The translations under genes and the position numbers were made by a program. From an uncultured Chloroflexia bacterium (GTDB lineage Bacteria > Chloroflexota > Anaerolineae > CG2-30-64-16): a stretch of DNA of 64,000 nucleotides. Shown in pieces: positions 1 to 8,821 of the stretch. Under the pieces are notes generated by a model that saw only the letters and a list, made by a program, of their open reading frames with translations, had not been told where the DNA came from and did no database searches. Location of the stretch: the NCBI GenBank assembly GCA_963810095.1, contig CAWEMM010000006.1:1419353-1483352 (forward strand), written 5' to 3'. Position 1 is the first letter of the stretch. Every line of letters starts with the position of its first letter.

Positions 1-42
1 GCTTTGACCCGCTTACTGACATAAACTATACTGCGCTTTCGC

Positions 43-1416
43 ATGATGCACCAACCTACGCGCGACCCCCGGCCGCGTAAGTCCGATCCCACGCTCTTGC
101 TGGCGTTCCTGCTGCCTGTTTTCGCCTGGGCCCCGCTGACCTACCCCGGCTATTTTGTGTTCCGCAGCGGCTTCCTCCCCATCTTCAACCTGGCCGACCG
201 GCTCGCGCAATTGGGCAATTTCGCCTGGTTGCCCGCCATCGGGACGGGCTACCACCTGCTGAGCGGGGACGGCGGACTGCCCTACCTGCTGGCGGCGGTG
301 CCGGGCGCGTTGGGCGCGAGCCCGGCGAACGCCGTGAAGCTGCTCTTCGGGCTGGCGTTCGTGGCAGGCAGCGTGGGAGCTTATGCATGGACCCGGCGGC
401 TGCTGCCCGACGCATGGGCTGCGCTCGTCGCCGCCGCGGCGTACGTGTTCAGTCCGATCTGGCTGCCCCTCGTGTACGTGCAGGGGGCCCTTGCCGAGGC
501 GGTTTTGCTCGCCCTGCTGCCGTGGGTGTTGTGGGCGGCGGATTGGGCCGCCGAGGGCCAGCGAGCACGCGTCCTGATTCTCGCGCTGCTTGCAGCGGCG
601 TGCTTGTGGACGCAAAGCGCACTGGCATTGGCGTTCCTGGTCACCGTGTTCGTCTATTTGCTCGTCCTGCTCGCTGCCCGACAGATTGCGCGGCAGGGGT
701 TGGTGGCAGCTGCAAGCGGCCTGCTGCTGGGCCTGCTGCTCGGTGCGGTGGGGTGGCTGCCCGTCCTGATTCAACACGGACTGGGTAGGGCCGAGCCATT
801 CGAAGGCTGGCAGTGGGCGGTGCTCCTGGCGCCGTGGGTCGGGCTCCTGGCCGGCTGGGTTGCGCTGAGGCTCGTCGCGATGCTGCCCCCGGATGCGCCG
901 GGCGTGCGCGGCGCTGCTGCCGAGCGGGCGTCTGCGGAGCGCCACAGCCTGTTCGCCGCCCTGATCGGACTCCTGCTGTTGAGCATGGCCGGCAACCTGC
1001 AGCCTGTCGCGGGCGCTGGCCCGGTCGCGACTGCGCCGCTCGCCGTTTTCGGCGCGAACGAGATCGCGCTGTTGAGCGTCGAAACGGAAGGGACGCCCGG
1101 ACCCGGCGGGACCGTCGCGCTCGACGTTGAGTGGCAGGCGCTGAAGCCGCTGGATCGCGATTACACCGTCTTCTTTCATGTGCTCGCCGCGGACGATCAG
1201 CGATACGGGCAGTTGGACACGATGCCGCAGGCGGGCAAGCTCCCCACGTCGCAGTGGCAGCCGGGCGAGGTGATCCGCGACCGTTACCAGGTGGAAATGG
1301 ACCCGAAAGCGCCCATCCGCAGCGATTACAGCTACTGGCTCGGCTGGTACCTGGGTGAGACGGGGAACGCCTGCCCGCGGTGCAGGCGGGCTCGACCGGC
1401 GATAAATTCGTGGTGA
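43..1416 (+). CDS. polytopic integral membrane protein (GT-C / PTPS-related-like family member)
   Basis: This 457-aa ORF has many hydrophobic segments. Its N-terminal PLTYPGYF resembles PLLQPGYF and PLFAPGYF in the paralogs at 1431 and 13038. The function is only a family-level guess. Confidence 0.7.
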   Translation: MMHQPTRDPRPRKSDPTLLLAFLLPVFAWAPLTYPGYFVFRSGFLPIFNLADRLAQLGNFAWLPAIGTGYHLLSGDGGLPYLLAAVPGALGASPANAVKLLFGLAFVAGSVGAYAWTRRLLPDAWAALVAAAAYVFSPIWLPLVYVQGALAEAVLLALLPWVLWAADWAAEGQRARVLILALLAAACLWTQSALALAFLVTVFVYLLVLLAARQIARQGLVAAASGLLLGLLLGAVGWLPVLIQHGLGRAEPFEGWQWAVLLAPWVGLLAGWVALRLVAMLPPDAPGVRGAAAERASAERHSLFAALIGLLLLSMAGNLQPVAGAGPVATAPLAVFGANEIALLSVETEGTPGPGGTVALDVEWQALKPLDRDYTVFFHVLAADDQRYGQLDTMPQAGKLPTSQWQPGEVIRDRYQVEMDPKAPIRSDYSYWLGWYLGETGNACPRCRRARPAINSW

Positions 1417-1430
1417 AACCGTGATAGGCT

Positions 1431-3364
1431 ATGGTCCCGATGAGCACTGATTCGATGGCCCGGGCCGGGCGGCGTGCGGAGTGGGTCTATGCGGGCCTCG
1501 TACTGCTGTTTGGCTTGGTCGTGATCGCGCCGCTGTTGCAGCCCGGTTACTTCTGGGGCGCGCACGACGCACGGCACGACGTCTACTTTATCCAGCAGTA
1601 CGGCCTCTCGTTCAAAGAAGGCATCCTCTGGCCGCGCTGGTCGCCCGACTGGACGTTCGGCTACGGCTATCCGTTCTTCACCATCTACGCGCCCTTGTCC
1701 ACTTTCGCGGGCGTGTTGTTCAACCAGGTGGCGGGCCTCGGATACGAGGCAAGCGTCAAGGCGGTGCTGGCGCTCTCGGTGCTCGGCTCCGGGCTGGCGA
1801 TGTACGGCTTCGTGCGCTCGTGGCTGGGCCGGCGTGCCGGGCTGGTCGCCGCAGTCGCCTATATGGCGGTGCCGTATCACCTCGTCAACCTGTTTGTGCG
1901 GGCGGCCCTGGCCGAGTCGGTGGCGCTCGCCTTCCTGCCGCTGGCCCTCTGGGCCTTCAGAGAGGCAGTCGTCCGCCCCCGAATCCGGTCCGTCGTCGCG
2001 GCGGGGTTGACGTTTGGCGCAATCATGTGGACCAGCAACCTCGTGGCGCTGGTCTTCACCCCCGGGTTGGCCGCGTACGTCCTCGTGCTGATCTTGCTGG
2101 AGGCGCGCGGGCGCCAGGCAGAAGGCCGGAGTTTTCTGCGCAGCCTGTGGACGCCCGACACGCTGCGCAGCGTCCTGGCGCCCGGGCTTGCGCTCGCGCT
2201 GGGGCTCGGCCTCAGCGCGGCCTTCTTCGTCCCCGCGCTGGTCGAGCAAGGGTCGTACATCAACAAGACGCAGTGGTTCGGCGATTACTACAATCCCGAG
2301 CAGCACTTTGTCTACTTCAACCAGTTGTTCGATCCGCGTTGGGGCTTCGGCATCAGCCAGGCCGGACCGGACGATGCCGCACAGGGCAGCCTGAGCTACC
2401 AGTTGGGCGCGGCCGCGACGTTGTTCTCGATTATCGCGCTGGCGCTGAGCGGGCGCTTTCGGCCGCGCGTGCGGGCCGAGCTGCGCTTCTGGGGCCTCTG
2501 GCTGGTCGTTGCGGTCTTCCTGATGCTGCCCGTTTCGGTGCTGGCCTGGCGCTACGTGCCCATCGTCCCGTACGCGCAGTTCCCATGGCGCTACCTGATG
2601 CTGGCGATCCTCCCCCTGAGCATCCTGCCGGGCGCACTGATTGCGCTGCCCGGGGCTGCCGACCGGCGTCCTTCGACTGCGCTCCCTTCGGTCGCTCCGC
2701 TCAGGATGCCGGAGGGTGCGGGTGGCGCGCTGGGGGCGTCTTCCCCGCCTTCGTGTTGAGCCTTGTGCTGCTGCTCTCCAGCGCGCCCTACCTCCAGGTT
2801 GAGATTCGCGAGCCGACGGCCGAGCAAGGCCCGGTGTCGATGGCCGCCCTGATGCGCTTCCAGCGCACGAGCGACGAGATGACCGGAGTCACCGCCTGGG
2901 TGGACCCGGCCCAGCGGCCCATTTGGTCGACGATGGCCGACCTGTGGGTGCAGGGGCAGGCAGTCACCAGCCGGGTGGACTACTCGCAGGTGCCGCAGAA
3001 CGAGACGCTGGCGATCAACACGGAAGACGTGGGGACCGCCCACGAACAGATCTTCTTCTATGCCAAGGACCCCGGCAAGTCGATCACGTTCAATCGCTTC
3101 TGGTATCCCGGCTGGACGGCGTGGCTGCTGGATGGGAAGAACGGCCGGCCGGTGCGCAAGTTGGATTTGCAGCGTGAGGACGGGCCGCTTGCACGCATCG
3201 TGGTGCCCATCCCCCAGGGTGAGGGCTACATTTTGCTGCGCTTTGAGGATACACCACTGCGGCGGGTGTCCAAGCTGGTGACGCTGGCATTCGTAATTGG
3301 CCTGTTGGCAATACTGGCGGTCGCGTACGTGCTGAGGCGCCGCCGGTCAGGGAGGAGTGCATGA
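1431..3364 (+). pseudogene. polytopic membrane protein, paralog of 13038..14936, with a single frame disruption
   Basis: The N-terminal two thirds lie in ORF 1431..2759. The C-terminal third (FVLSLVLLLSSAPYLQVEIREP... to stop 3364) lies in the frame of ORF 1481..3364. The gene is colinear with the intact 632-aa paralog (HDARH and FPWR motifs). The frames join if the G5 run at 2732-2736 is really G6. Confidence 0.8.
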
Positions 3365-3933
3365 TCTCAGATAATTTGTGGACCGGTCCCAACCTGCGTC
3401 TGACCGGCCTGGAGCGATTCGATGCCCGGGCCTTCTCCATGTGGCACAACGATGCGGGCTTTTTGCGGCTGCTCGATGCGGAATATGCGCGCCCCCGCAG
3501 CGAGGACGAGTGCGTCAAGTGGTTCGAGGATTGGCAGCGAGACGCGAAGATGATTGCCTTTGCCGTGCGCCCGCTGGCCGCCGACGACCTGGTTGGCGTC
3601 GTGATGCTGGAAAGCATCCTCTTCCAGCACGGGGTCGCATGGTTGGGCATGGGCTTTGGCAATCGCGAGCAGTGGGGCAAGGGGTACGGCCGCGAAGCGA
3701 TGTCGCTCATCCTCCGGTATGCCTTCAGCGAGCTGAATTTCCACCGGGTGCAAGCCAGCGTGTTCGAATACAACACGCTTTCCATCGGGATGTGCGAGCG
3801 GGCGGGGTTCCGGCGTGAGGGTGTGTTTCGAGAGTTCCTGCTGCGCGACGGCCGGCGCTACGACATGTACCTTTACGGCGTATTACGTGCAGAGTGGGCG
3901 GCCCTGAACGGCGGAGGAGAAGACATTGGCTGA
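3361..3933 (+). CDS. GNAT family N-acetyltransferase (RimJ/RimL-like)
   Basis: The GNAT core is recognisable: GNREQWGKGYGREAMSLILRYAFSELNFHRVQASVFEYNTLSIGMCERAGFRREG. The ATG overlaps the upstream stop (ATGA at 3361-3364). Confidence 0.85.
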   Translation: MISDNLWTGPNLRLTGLERFDARAFSMWHNDAGFLRLLDAEYARPRSEDECVKWFEDWQRDAKMIAFAVRPLAADDLVGVVMLESILFQHGVAWLGMGFGNREQWGKGYGREAMSLILRYAFSELNFHRVQASVFEYNTLSIGMCERAGFRREGVFREFLLRDGRRYDMYLYGVLRAEWAALNGGGEDIG

Positions 3934-4738
3934 CGAACGGCCGTTGATCCTGTTGACCAACGACGACGGGATTGCTTCGCCCGGGTTGCTGGCGGCAGCG
4001 GAGGCGGTGTGCGACCTGGGCGAACTGCTAATTGTCGCGCCCGCCACCCAACAGACAGGGATGGGTCGCGGCACGCCGCCGATCCTAAACGGGGCGCTGA
4101 CGGTCGAGACGCTGCGGGTCGGGTGCGAGGACGTCCGTGTGTATGCATTGAACGGCTCGCCCGCGCAGACGGTCGTGATTGCGGTGCTTGGCATCGCGGA
4201 GCGGCGGCCGGCGCTGGTGGTCTCAGGCATCAACCACGGCGAGAACCTGGGCACGGCGGTGACCGGGTCGGGCACGGTTGGGGCGGCGCTGCAGGCGGCC
4301 GAAATGGGGATTCCGGGCTTGGCCGTATCGCTCGAGGTCGAGAAGGTCTACCACTACAACCACGCCGAAGACTTGCACTGGAGCGCGGCCGCGCACTTTA
4401 CGCGCTATTTTGCACAGCGCATGCTGGCCCAGACCATGCCGTTCGACGTCGACGTGCTCAAGGTGGACGTGCCGGCCGAGGCGACTGCCGAGACGCCCTG
4501 GCGTATCACAAGACAGGCGCGGCAGTCGTATTACAAGGTCTATCCGCCAAAGATGCGTCTGGCGCCCGGGCCGCTGGCAGAGCTCGACTATGGGATCGAG
4601 ATCGATTGGGATGACCTGCCGCAGGACACGGACGTCTACGTCTTTGCGCGCGAGCGGGTGGTGTCGGTGACGCCGTTGAGCCAGGATCTGACGTCACGTA
4701 CGGACGTTGCCGGCCTGGAGCGCCTGCTGCGGGGCTAG
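3926..4738 (+). CDS. surE: 5'/3'-nucleotidase SurE
   Basis: SurE signatures are present: ILLTNDDGIASPGL, SGINHGENLG and GSGTVGAALQAA. It uses a TTG start preceded by GGAGGAGA. Confidence 0.9.
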   Translation: MADERPLILLTNDDGIASPGLLAAAEAVCDLGELLIVAPATQQTGMGRGTPPILNGALTVETLRVGCEDVRVYALNGSPAQTVVIAVLGIAERRPALVVSGINHGENLGTAVTGSGTVGAALQAAEMGIPGLAVSLEVEKVYHYNHAEDLHWSAAAHFTRYFAQRMLAQTMPFDVDVLKVDVPAEATAETPWRITRQARQSYYKVYPPKMRLAPGPLAELDYGIEIDWDDLPQDTDVYVFARERVVSVTPLSQDLTSRTDVAGLERLLRG

Positions 4739-4784
4739 TGTTTGGTGGGCGACCGGCCAGAGCATGACGGGGCAAATGGTGATG

Positions 4785-5125
4785 TTTGTTGGGGGCCGTC
4801 TGGCCCCCAACGCCCCCGACGGGGGGCTGCGCCCCCTCGTCCCCCAAAGGTTAAGGGGACGCGTGGCTTCCGCCAATTGGCCCATTTGAGCGTCCACATG
4901 GCGGGGCCAGACGGAAGCGGCTTGCGGGAAACCGGCATTTTGTGGAAGCACGGTTCTGATGCCGACTGCCGTGAGCGAGTCCGGCTGCTGCCCGCTGTCA
5001 ACACGGCCGGGGGCGTTGACCTTGGGGGTTTCGGGGGCAAGGCCCCCGAGGCGGGGGCGGCGGGGCAAGCCTGCCCCCGCCAAGACAAGATGTAGCAAGG
5101 GCGGCGGGGCAAGCCGGCCACAACA
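4785..5125. repeat. composite GC-rich hairpin repeat, copy A (full length)
   Basis: It contains ordered modules. First is the hairpin GTTGGGGGCC-gtct-GGCCCCCAAC (4788-4811). Next come GGGGCTGCGCCCCCTCG, GGCTTGCGGGAAACCGGCATTTTGTGGAAGCAC and the hairpin TCGGGGGC-aag-GCCCCCGA (5031-5049). It ends with GGCGGGGCA...TGCCCCCGCC. The same order is seen at 42896-43287. Confidence 0.8.
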
Positions 5126-5141
5126 GTGAGGTTAATTGACA

Positions 5142-6818
5142 ATGTCGAAACGTCTGCTTGCATTATTCCTGATTCTTCTAGTCAGCCTGGTCCTGGCTGC
5201 GTGCGGCGGGCCGGCCACCCAGCCGCTGAGCTACCGCCCCGCGCCGTGGCAGAGCGGGGAGGTCAGCCGGTACGACCTGGTGGACCGCGGCGGCGCCACC
5301 GTTGGCACGGCCGAGTGGACGTGGCAGCGCGCCGGCGATCAGTGGCGCCAAGGCTACACCGTGACCGTCAACGGCGTGCCAGACACGGGCGAGGTCGTGC
5401 TCGACAACAGCTTGAAGTCGTTGAGCTCGTGGCGCGAGGTGGGCGGCAAGCGCTTCGATACCACGTACGGCGCGAAGACCATCGAGGTCAAGACGACGGC
5501 CGCGGACGGCACGGTCACGACGAAGAGCCTGCCCGCACCGGCCGACGCAATCGACAACGACGTCTCGCTGCAGATTCAGCGGGCAATGCCGCTGGCGGCG
5601 GGCTATGCGACCCGCTACACCGACATTATCCCGACCACGGGCGGCGCGGCGCCCATCGTTCTGAGCGTCACCGGCGCCGAAACGATCACGGTTCCCGCGG
5701 GCACGTTCCCGACGTGGAAGGTCAAGATGGCGGTGGGGTCGACCGCGCACGAGGCGTGGTACGCGCAGCAAGCGCCCTACGCGATGGTGAAATACCTCAA
5801 CTCGGGCTCGGGTGCGCAGTTCGTGCTGACCGGCCTGGCAGGTGCCGCATCTGCGACGGCGTCACAGCCGGCGGCCACCCCGGTTCCGGGCGCGGCTGCA
5901 GTTGCTGGCGAACCGGGGGCCATGGCGCCCATCAACTGGCTCTACCTCGCGCTTGTCGTGTTCATCCAATTGCCCTTCCTGCTTGGCTTGCCGATCGTCT
6001 TGGGCTGGTGGATCAAGCGGCGGTATGGCATCGGCTGGGGGGTGTTCGGGTGGGGCGCACTCTCGTTCATCCTGTCGCAGGTCGTCCATATCCCGCTCAA
6101 CATGGCGCTGGGCCTGATCGGCGCGCCGCCCCGGGGCGTGGCCCTGGCGTCCCCCTTCGTGCTCGGCCTGGTCGCCGGCCTGAGCGCGGCGGTGTGCGAG
6201 GAAGGTATGCGGCTGCTCGTGATCACCGTCTTCGCTAAGAAGATTCGCGGCTGGCGCCCCAGTTTGCAGTTCGGCGCGGGGCACGGCGGCGCGGAGAGCA
6301 TCATTCTCGGCCTGCTGGTGGCCGTGAATCTGATCGGCATCCTGGCCTCGCGCAACCTCGGCGCGATTGGACAAGTGCTGCCCCCCGAGGCAGCCGCACA
6401 ACTGCAGGCCGCGCAGGCCGCATTCTGGGGCCAGAGCCCCTGGATTCCATTCGTCAGCGTGATCGAGCGCATTTCGGCTCTCGCCTTGCAGGTGTCGCTG
6501 GCCGTGCTCGTAGTGGCTTCCGTTACGCGGCGCCGGCCGCTCTACTTCGTCGCCGCGCTTGCGCTGCACACCGTGGTCGATGGTTGGACGATCTGGGCGC
6601 AGCCGCTCGGTGTGGCTGCGATCGAAGCCGGGGTGGCGCTGGCGGGACTCCTGGCCCTGTGGATTATCTGGCGGCTGCGTGAGCAACCCGCTGCCCTCCA
6701 ACCCGTATTAACAGGTGAAGCGGGCAGCAGCCCGGTTCCGAACGCAGCCGACCTGTCCGAGCAGGCGCTTTCACCTGATGAGCTGGCCCGGCGGGCCGAG
6801 CGGTCGCGGTACGAGTAA
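5142..6818 (+). CDS. lipoprotein-type N-terminal domain fused to a YhfC-family intramembrane metalloprotease
   Basis: The signal and lipobox read LLALFLILLVSLVLAAC. A soluble domain of about 250 aa follows, then a multi-TM domain with AAVCEEGMRLL and FGAGHGGAESIILG (YhfC/CPBP-like motifs). ATG 5142 lies behind GTGAGG; the track's alternative TTG is at 5136. Confidence 0.75.
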   Translation: MSKRLLALFLILLVSLVLAACGGPATQPLSYRPAPWQSGEVSRYDLVDRGGATVGTAEWTWQRAGDQWRQGYTVTVNGVPDTGEVVLDNSLKSLSSWREVGGKRFDTTYGAKTIEVKTTAADGTVTTKSLPAPADAIDNDVSLQIQRAMPLAAGYATRYTDIIPTTGGAAPIVLSVTGAETITVPAGTFPTWKVKMAVGSTAHEAWYAQQAPYAMVKYLNSGSGAQFVLTGLAGAASATASQPAATPVPGAAAVAGEPGAMAPINWLYLALVVFIQLPFLLGLPIVLGWWIKRRYGIGWGVFGWGALSFILSQVVHIPLNMALGLIGAPPRGVALASPFVLGLVAGLSAAVCEEGMRLLVITVFAKKIRGWRPSLQFGAGHGGAESIILGLLVAVNLIGILASRNLGAIGQVLPPEAAAQLQAAQAAFWGQSPWIPFVSVIERISALALQVSLAVLVVASVTRRRPLYFVAALALHTVVDGWTIWAQPLGVAAIEAGVALAGLLALWIIWRLREQPAALQPVLTGEAGSSPVPNAADLSEQALSPDELARRAERSRYE

Positions 6819-6829
6819 GCGAGGATTCG

Positions 6830-7798
6830 ATGATTCGCACAGAGGCATTATCAAAACACTTCGAGAGCGACGGCCGAACAATCAAGGCCGTCGACGGGCT
6901 GGACCTCCAGGTGCAGGAAGGGGAGGTGTTCGGCTTTCTCGGCCCCAATGGCGCGGGAAAGACGACCAGCGTCCGCCTGCTGACCAGCCTGATTGCGCCA
7001 ACGGGCGGCCGCGCCTGGGTCAACGGCCTGCAGTTGGGCGAGGACGACGCGAAGATCCGGGCCAGCGTCGGCATTCTGACCGAGTCGCCCGGGCTGTACG
7101 AGCGGCTGAGCGCGTTCTATAACCTGCAGATTTTCGGCGAGCTGTACGGGTGCAAGGACCCGAAGGGGCAGGCCGAGAAGTACCTGCGGCTGCTGGAGTT
7201 GTGGGACCGCAAGGACACCGAGGCCGGAACGTTCTCGAAAGGCATGAAGCAGAAGCTGGCCATCGCGCGGGCGTTGCTCCACGAGCCGCCGGTCGTGTTT
7301 CTTGACGAGCCGACCTCGGCGCTTGACCCTGAGTCGGCCAAGACCGTGCGCGAGTTTATCGAGACGCTGCGCGGACAAGGGCGCACCATCTTCCTCTGCA
7401 CCCATAACCTGGACGAGGCGGAGCGACTCTGCGACCGGATCGGCGTGTTCAAGCAGCGGTTGATCGCCGTGGACACGCCCGACGCGCTACGCAAGAAACT
7501 CTTTGGCCGCCAGACCGTGATCCACCTGGCGCCGGGCAGCGAAGCGGGGCGGCTGGCGGGGGCTGTCGAGTGCTTGCCGGGCATCAAGCACGTGGAGACG
7601 CTGCCTGCGGCCGACGGCGAATCGCCCAAGCTGGTGATCAGCCTGAATGAGCCGGCCCAGCAGAACCCTGCCATCGTGCGCGCCCTTATCGAGCAGGGTG
7701 CGGCCATCCAGTTCGTGAATGAGCTTCGGCATTCGTTGGAAGATGTGTACCTGAGCCTGATCCACAGCGGTCCGACCGGAGAAGGGGGCGCCAAGTGA
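6830..7798 (+). CDS. ABC transporter ATP-binding protein (ABC-2 type exporter)
   Basis: It has Walker A GPNGAGKTT, the signature-like FSKGMKQKLAIARAL and Walker B VVFLDEPTSALD. Confidence 0.9.
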   Translation: MIRTEALSKHFESDGRTIKAVDGLDLQVQEGEVFGFLGPNGAGKTTSVRLLTSLIAPTGGRAWVNGLQLGEDDAKIRASVGILTESPGLYERLSAFYNLQIFGELYGCKDPKGQAEKYLRLLELWDRKDTEAGTFSKGMKQKLAIARALLHEPPVVFLDEPTSALDPESAKTVREFIETLRGQGRTIFLCTHNLDEAERLCDRIGVFKQRLIAVDTPDALRKKLFGRQTVIHLAPGSEAGRLAGAVECLPGIKHVETLPAADGESPKLVISLNEPAQQNPAIVRALIEQGAAIQFVNELRHSLEDVYLSLIHSGPTGEGGAK

Positions 7799-8586
7799 GC
7801 GCGATAGGCACAGTGGTTAAGAAAGAGTGGATGGAGGTCCGCCGGAACAAGCTGGTGCTGTCCGTCGTGCTTTTCATCCCACTGCTGATGACGGCGATTC
7901 CGCTCGTGATGATGGGGATTATGGGCCGGGTCGGCGCGAGTGCGAGCGATATGGAAGAAATGAGCATGATGCTCAAGAACCCCATCTTCCAGGGCATGAG
8001 CCCCAACGAAGCCATCCAGGCAACGTTGGCGTCGAACTTCCTTGTGCTCTTCCTGATGATGCCGCTAATGGTGCCGGTGACGATCGCTGCCTACAGCATC
8101 GTGGGCGAGAAGGTTACTCGCTCGCTCGAACCGCTGCTTGCGACGCCCATCAGCACCACCCGGTTGCTGCTGGCAAAGGGGATTGCCGCGGCCGTGCCGG
8201 GCATCCTGGGCGCGTGGATCGCCTACGTGGTTTTCCTGATAGGCGCTCGCTTCCTGGCCGTCAGCGACCAGGTGTTTGCGATCTTTCTGAACCCGATGTG
8301 GTTGGTCGCTATGCTGGTGCTGGCGCCCCTGCTGACGATCATGGCGGTCAACGTTGGCATTATCGTCAGCAGCCGCACGTCAGACCCGCGCGCCGCAGAG
8401 CAGCTCGGCAGCCTGATCATCCTGCCGCTGATGGTGCTGTTTCTCGGCCCGCTGGCCGGCTTCATCCAGCTCAACGTGACCACCTTCATGGTTGCGGCGC
8501 TGATTGCCCTGGCGGCCGACGTCGTACTGGTGTATCTGGGCGTGAAGCTGTTCCAGCGTGAGACGATCCTGACCCGCTGGAAGTAG
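7795..8586 (+). CDS. ABC-2 family transporter permease
   Basis: This 263-aa protein has about 6 hydrophobic spans. Its start overlaps the ATPase stop (GTGA at 7795-7798). Confidence 0.8.
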   Translation: MSAIGTVVKKEWMEVRRNKLVLSVVLFIPLLMTAIPLVMMGIMGRVGASASDMEEMSMMLKNPIFQGMSPNEAIQATLASNFLVLFLMMPLMVPVTIAAYSIVGEKVTRSLEPLLATPISTTRLLLAKGIAAAVPGILGAWIAYVVFLIGARFLAVSDQVFAIFLNPMWLVAMLVLAPLLTIMAVNVGIIVSSRTSDPRAAEQLGSLIILPLMVLFLGPLAGFIQLNVTTFMVAALIALAADVVLVYLGVKLFQRETILTRWK

Positions 8587-8631
8587 GGGCATCGCGCACC
8601 CGGCCGCGCATCTCGGCAGTCGATTGAAACA

Positions 8632-8703
8632 CCAAGAACCGAAGAACCAAAGGTGCACGAAGCCCAAGAGGCTTTGCGGACCTTAGGCTTCTTCGGTTCT
8701 TCG
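8632..8703 (+). other. long imperfect stem-loop downstream of the ABC permease gene
   Basis: AAGAACCGAAGAACC pairs with GGCTTCTTCGGTTCTT, and an inner AAGCC/GGCTT hairpin is present. No T-run follows. Confidence 0.4.
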
Positions 8704-8821
8704 TGTGAACGGCCGTCCGCACAGGGGTCTTGCCCGTGTTGACGATCTCGGCGAGGGAACTTATGCTTGAGTTCCCTCGTTTTGTTGGCGGGGTTTTTTC
8801 CCATTCAGAGGAGGCGGCGTA

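Noticed and set aside
13-1179. There are long antisense or alternative-frame ORFs. Examples are 13..1179(-), 5126..6238(+), 9722..11044(-), 23105..24817(-), 29474..31066(+), 37934..38719(-) and 59787..60785(-).
   Set aside because: Their translations are Arg/Pro/Ala/Gly-rich low-complexity strings typical of off-frame reading of GC-rich coding DNA. Each fully overlaps a gene with recognisable conserved motifs.
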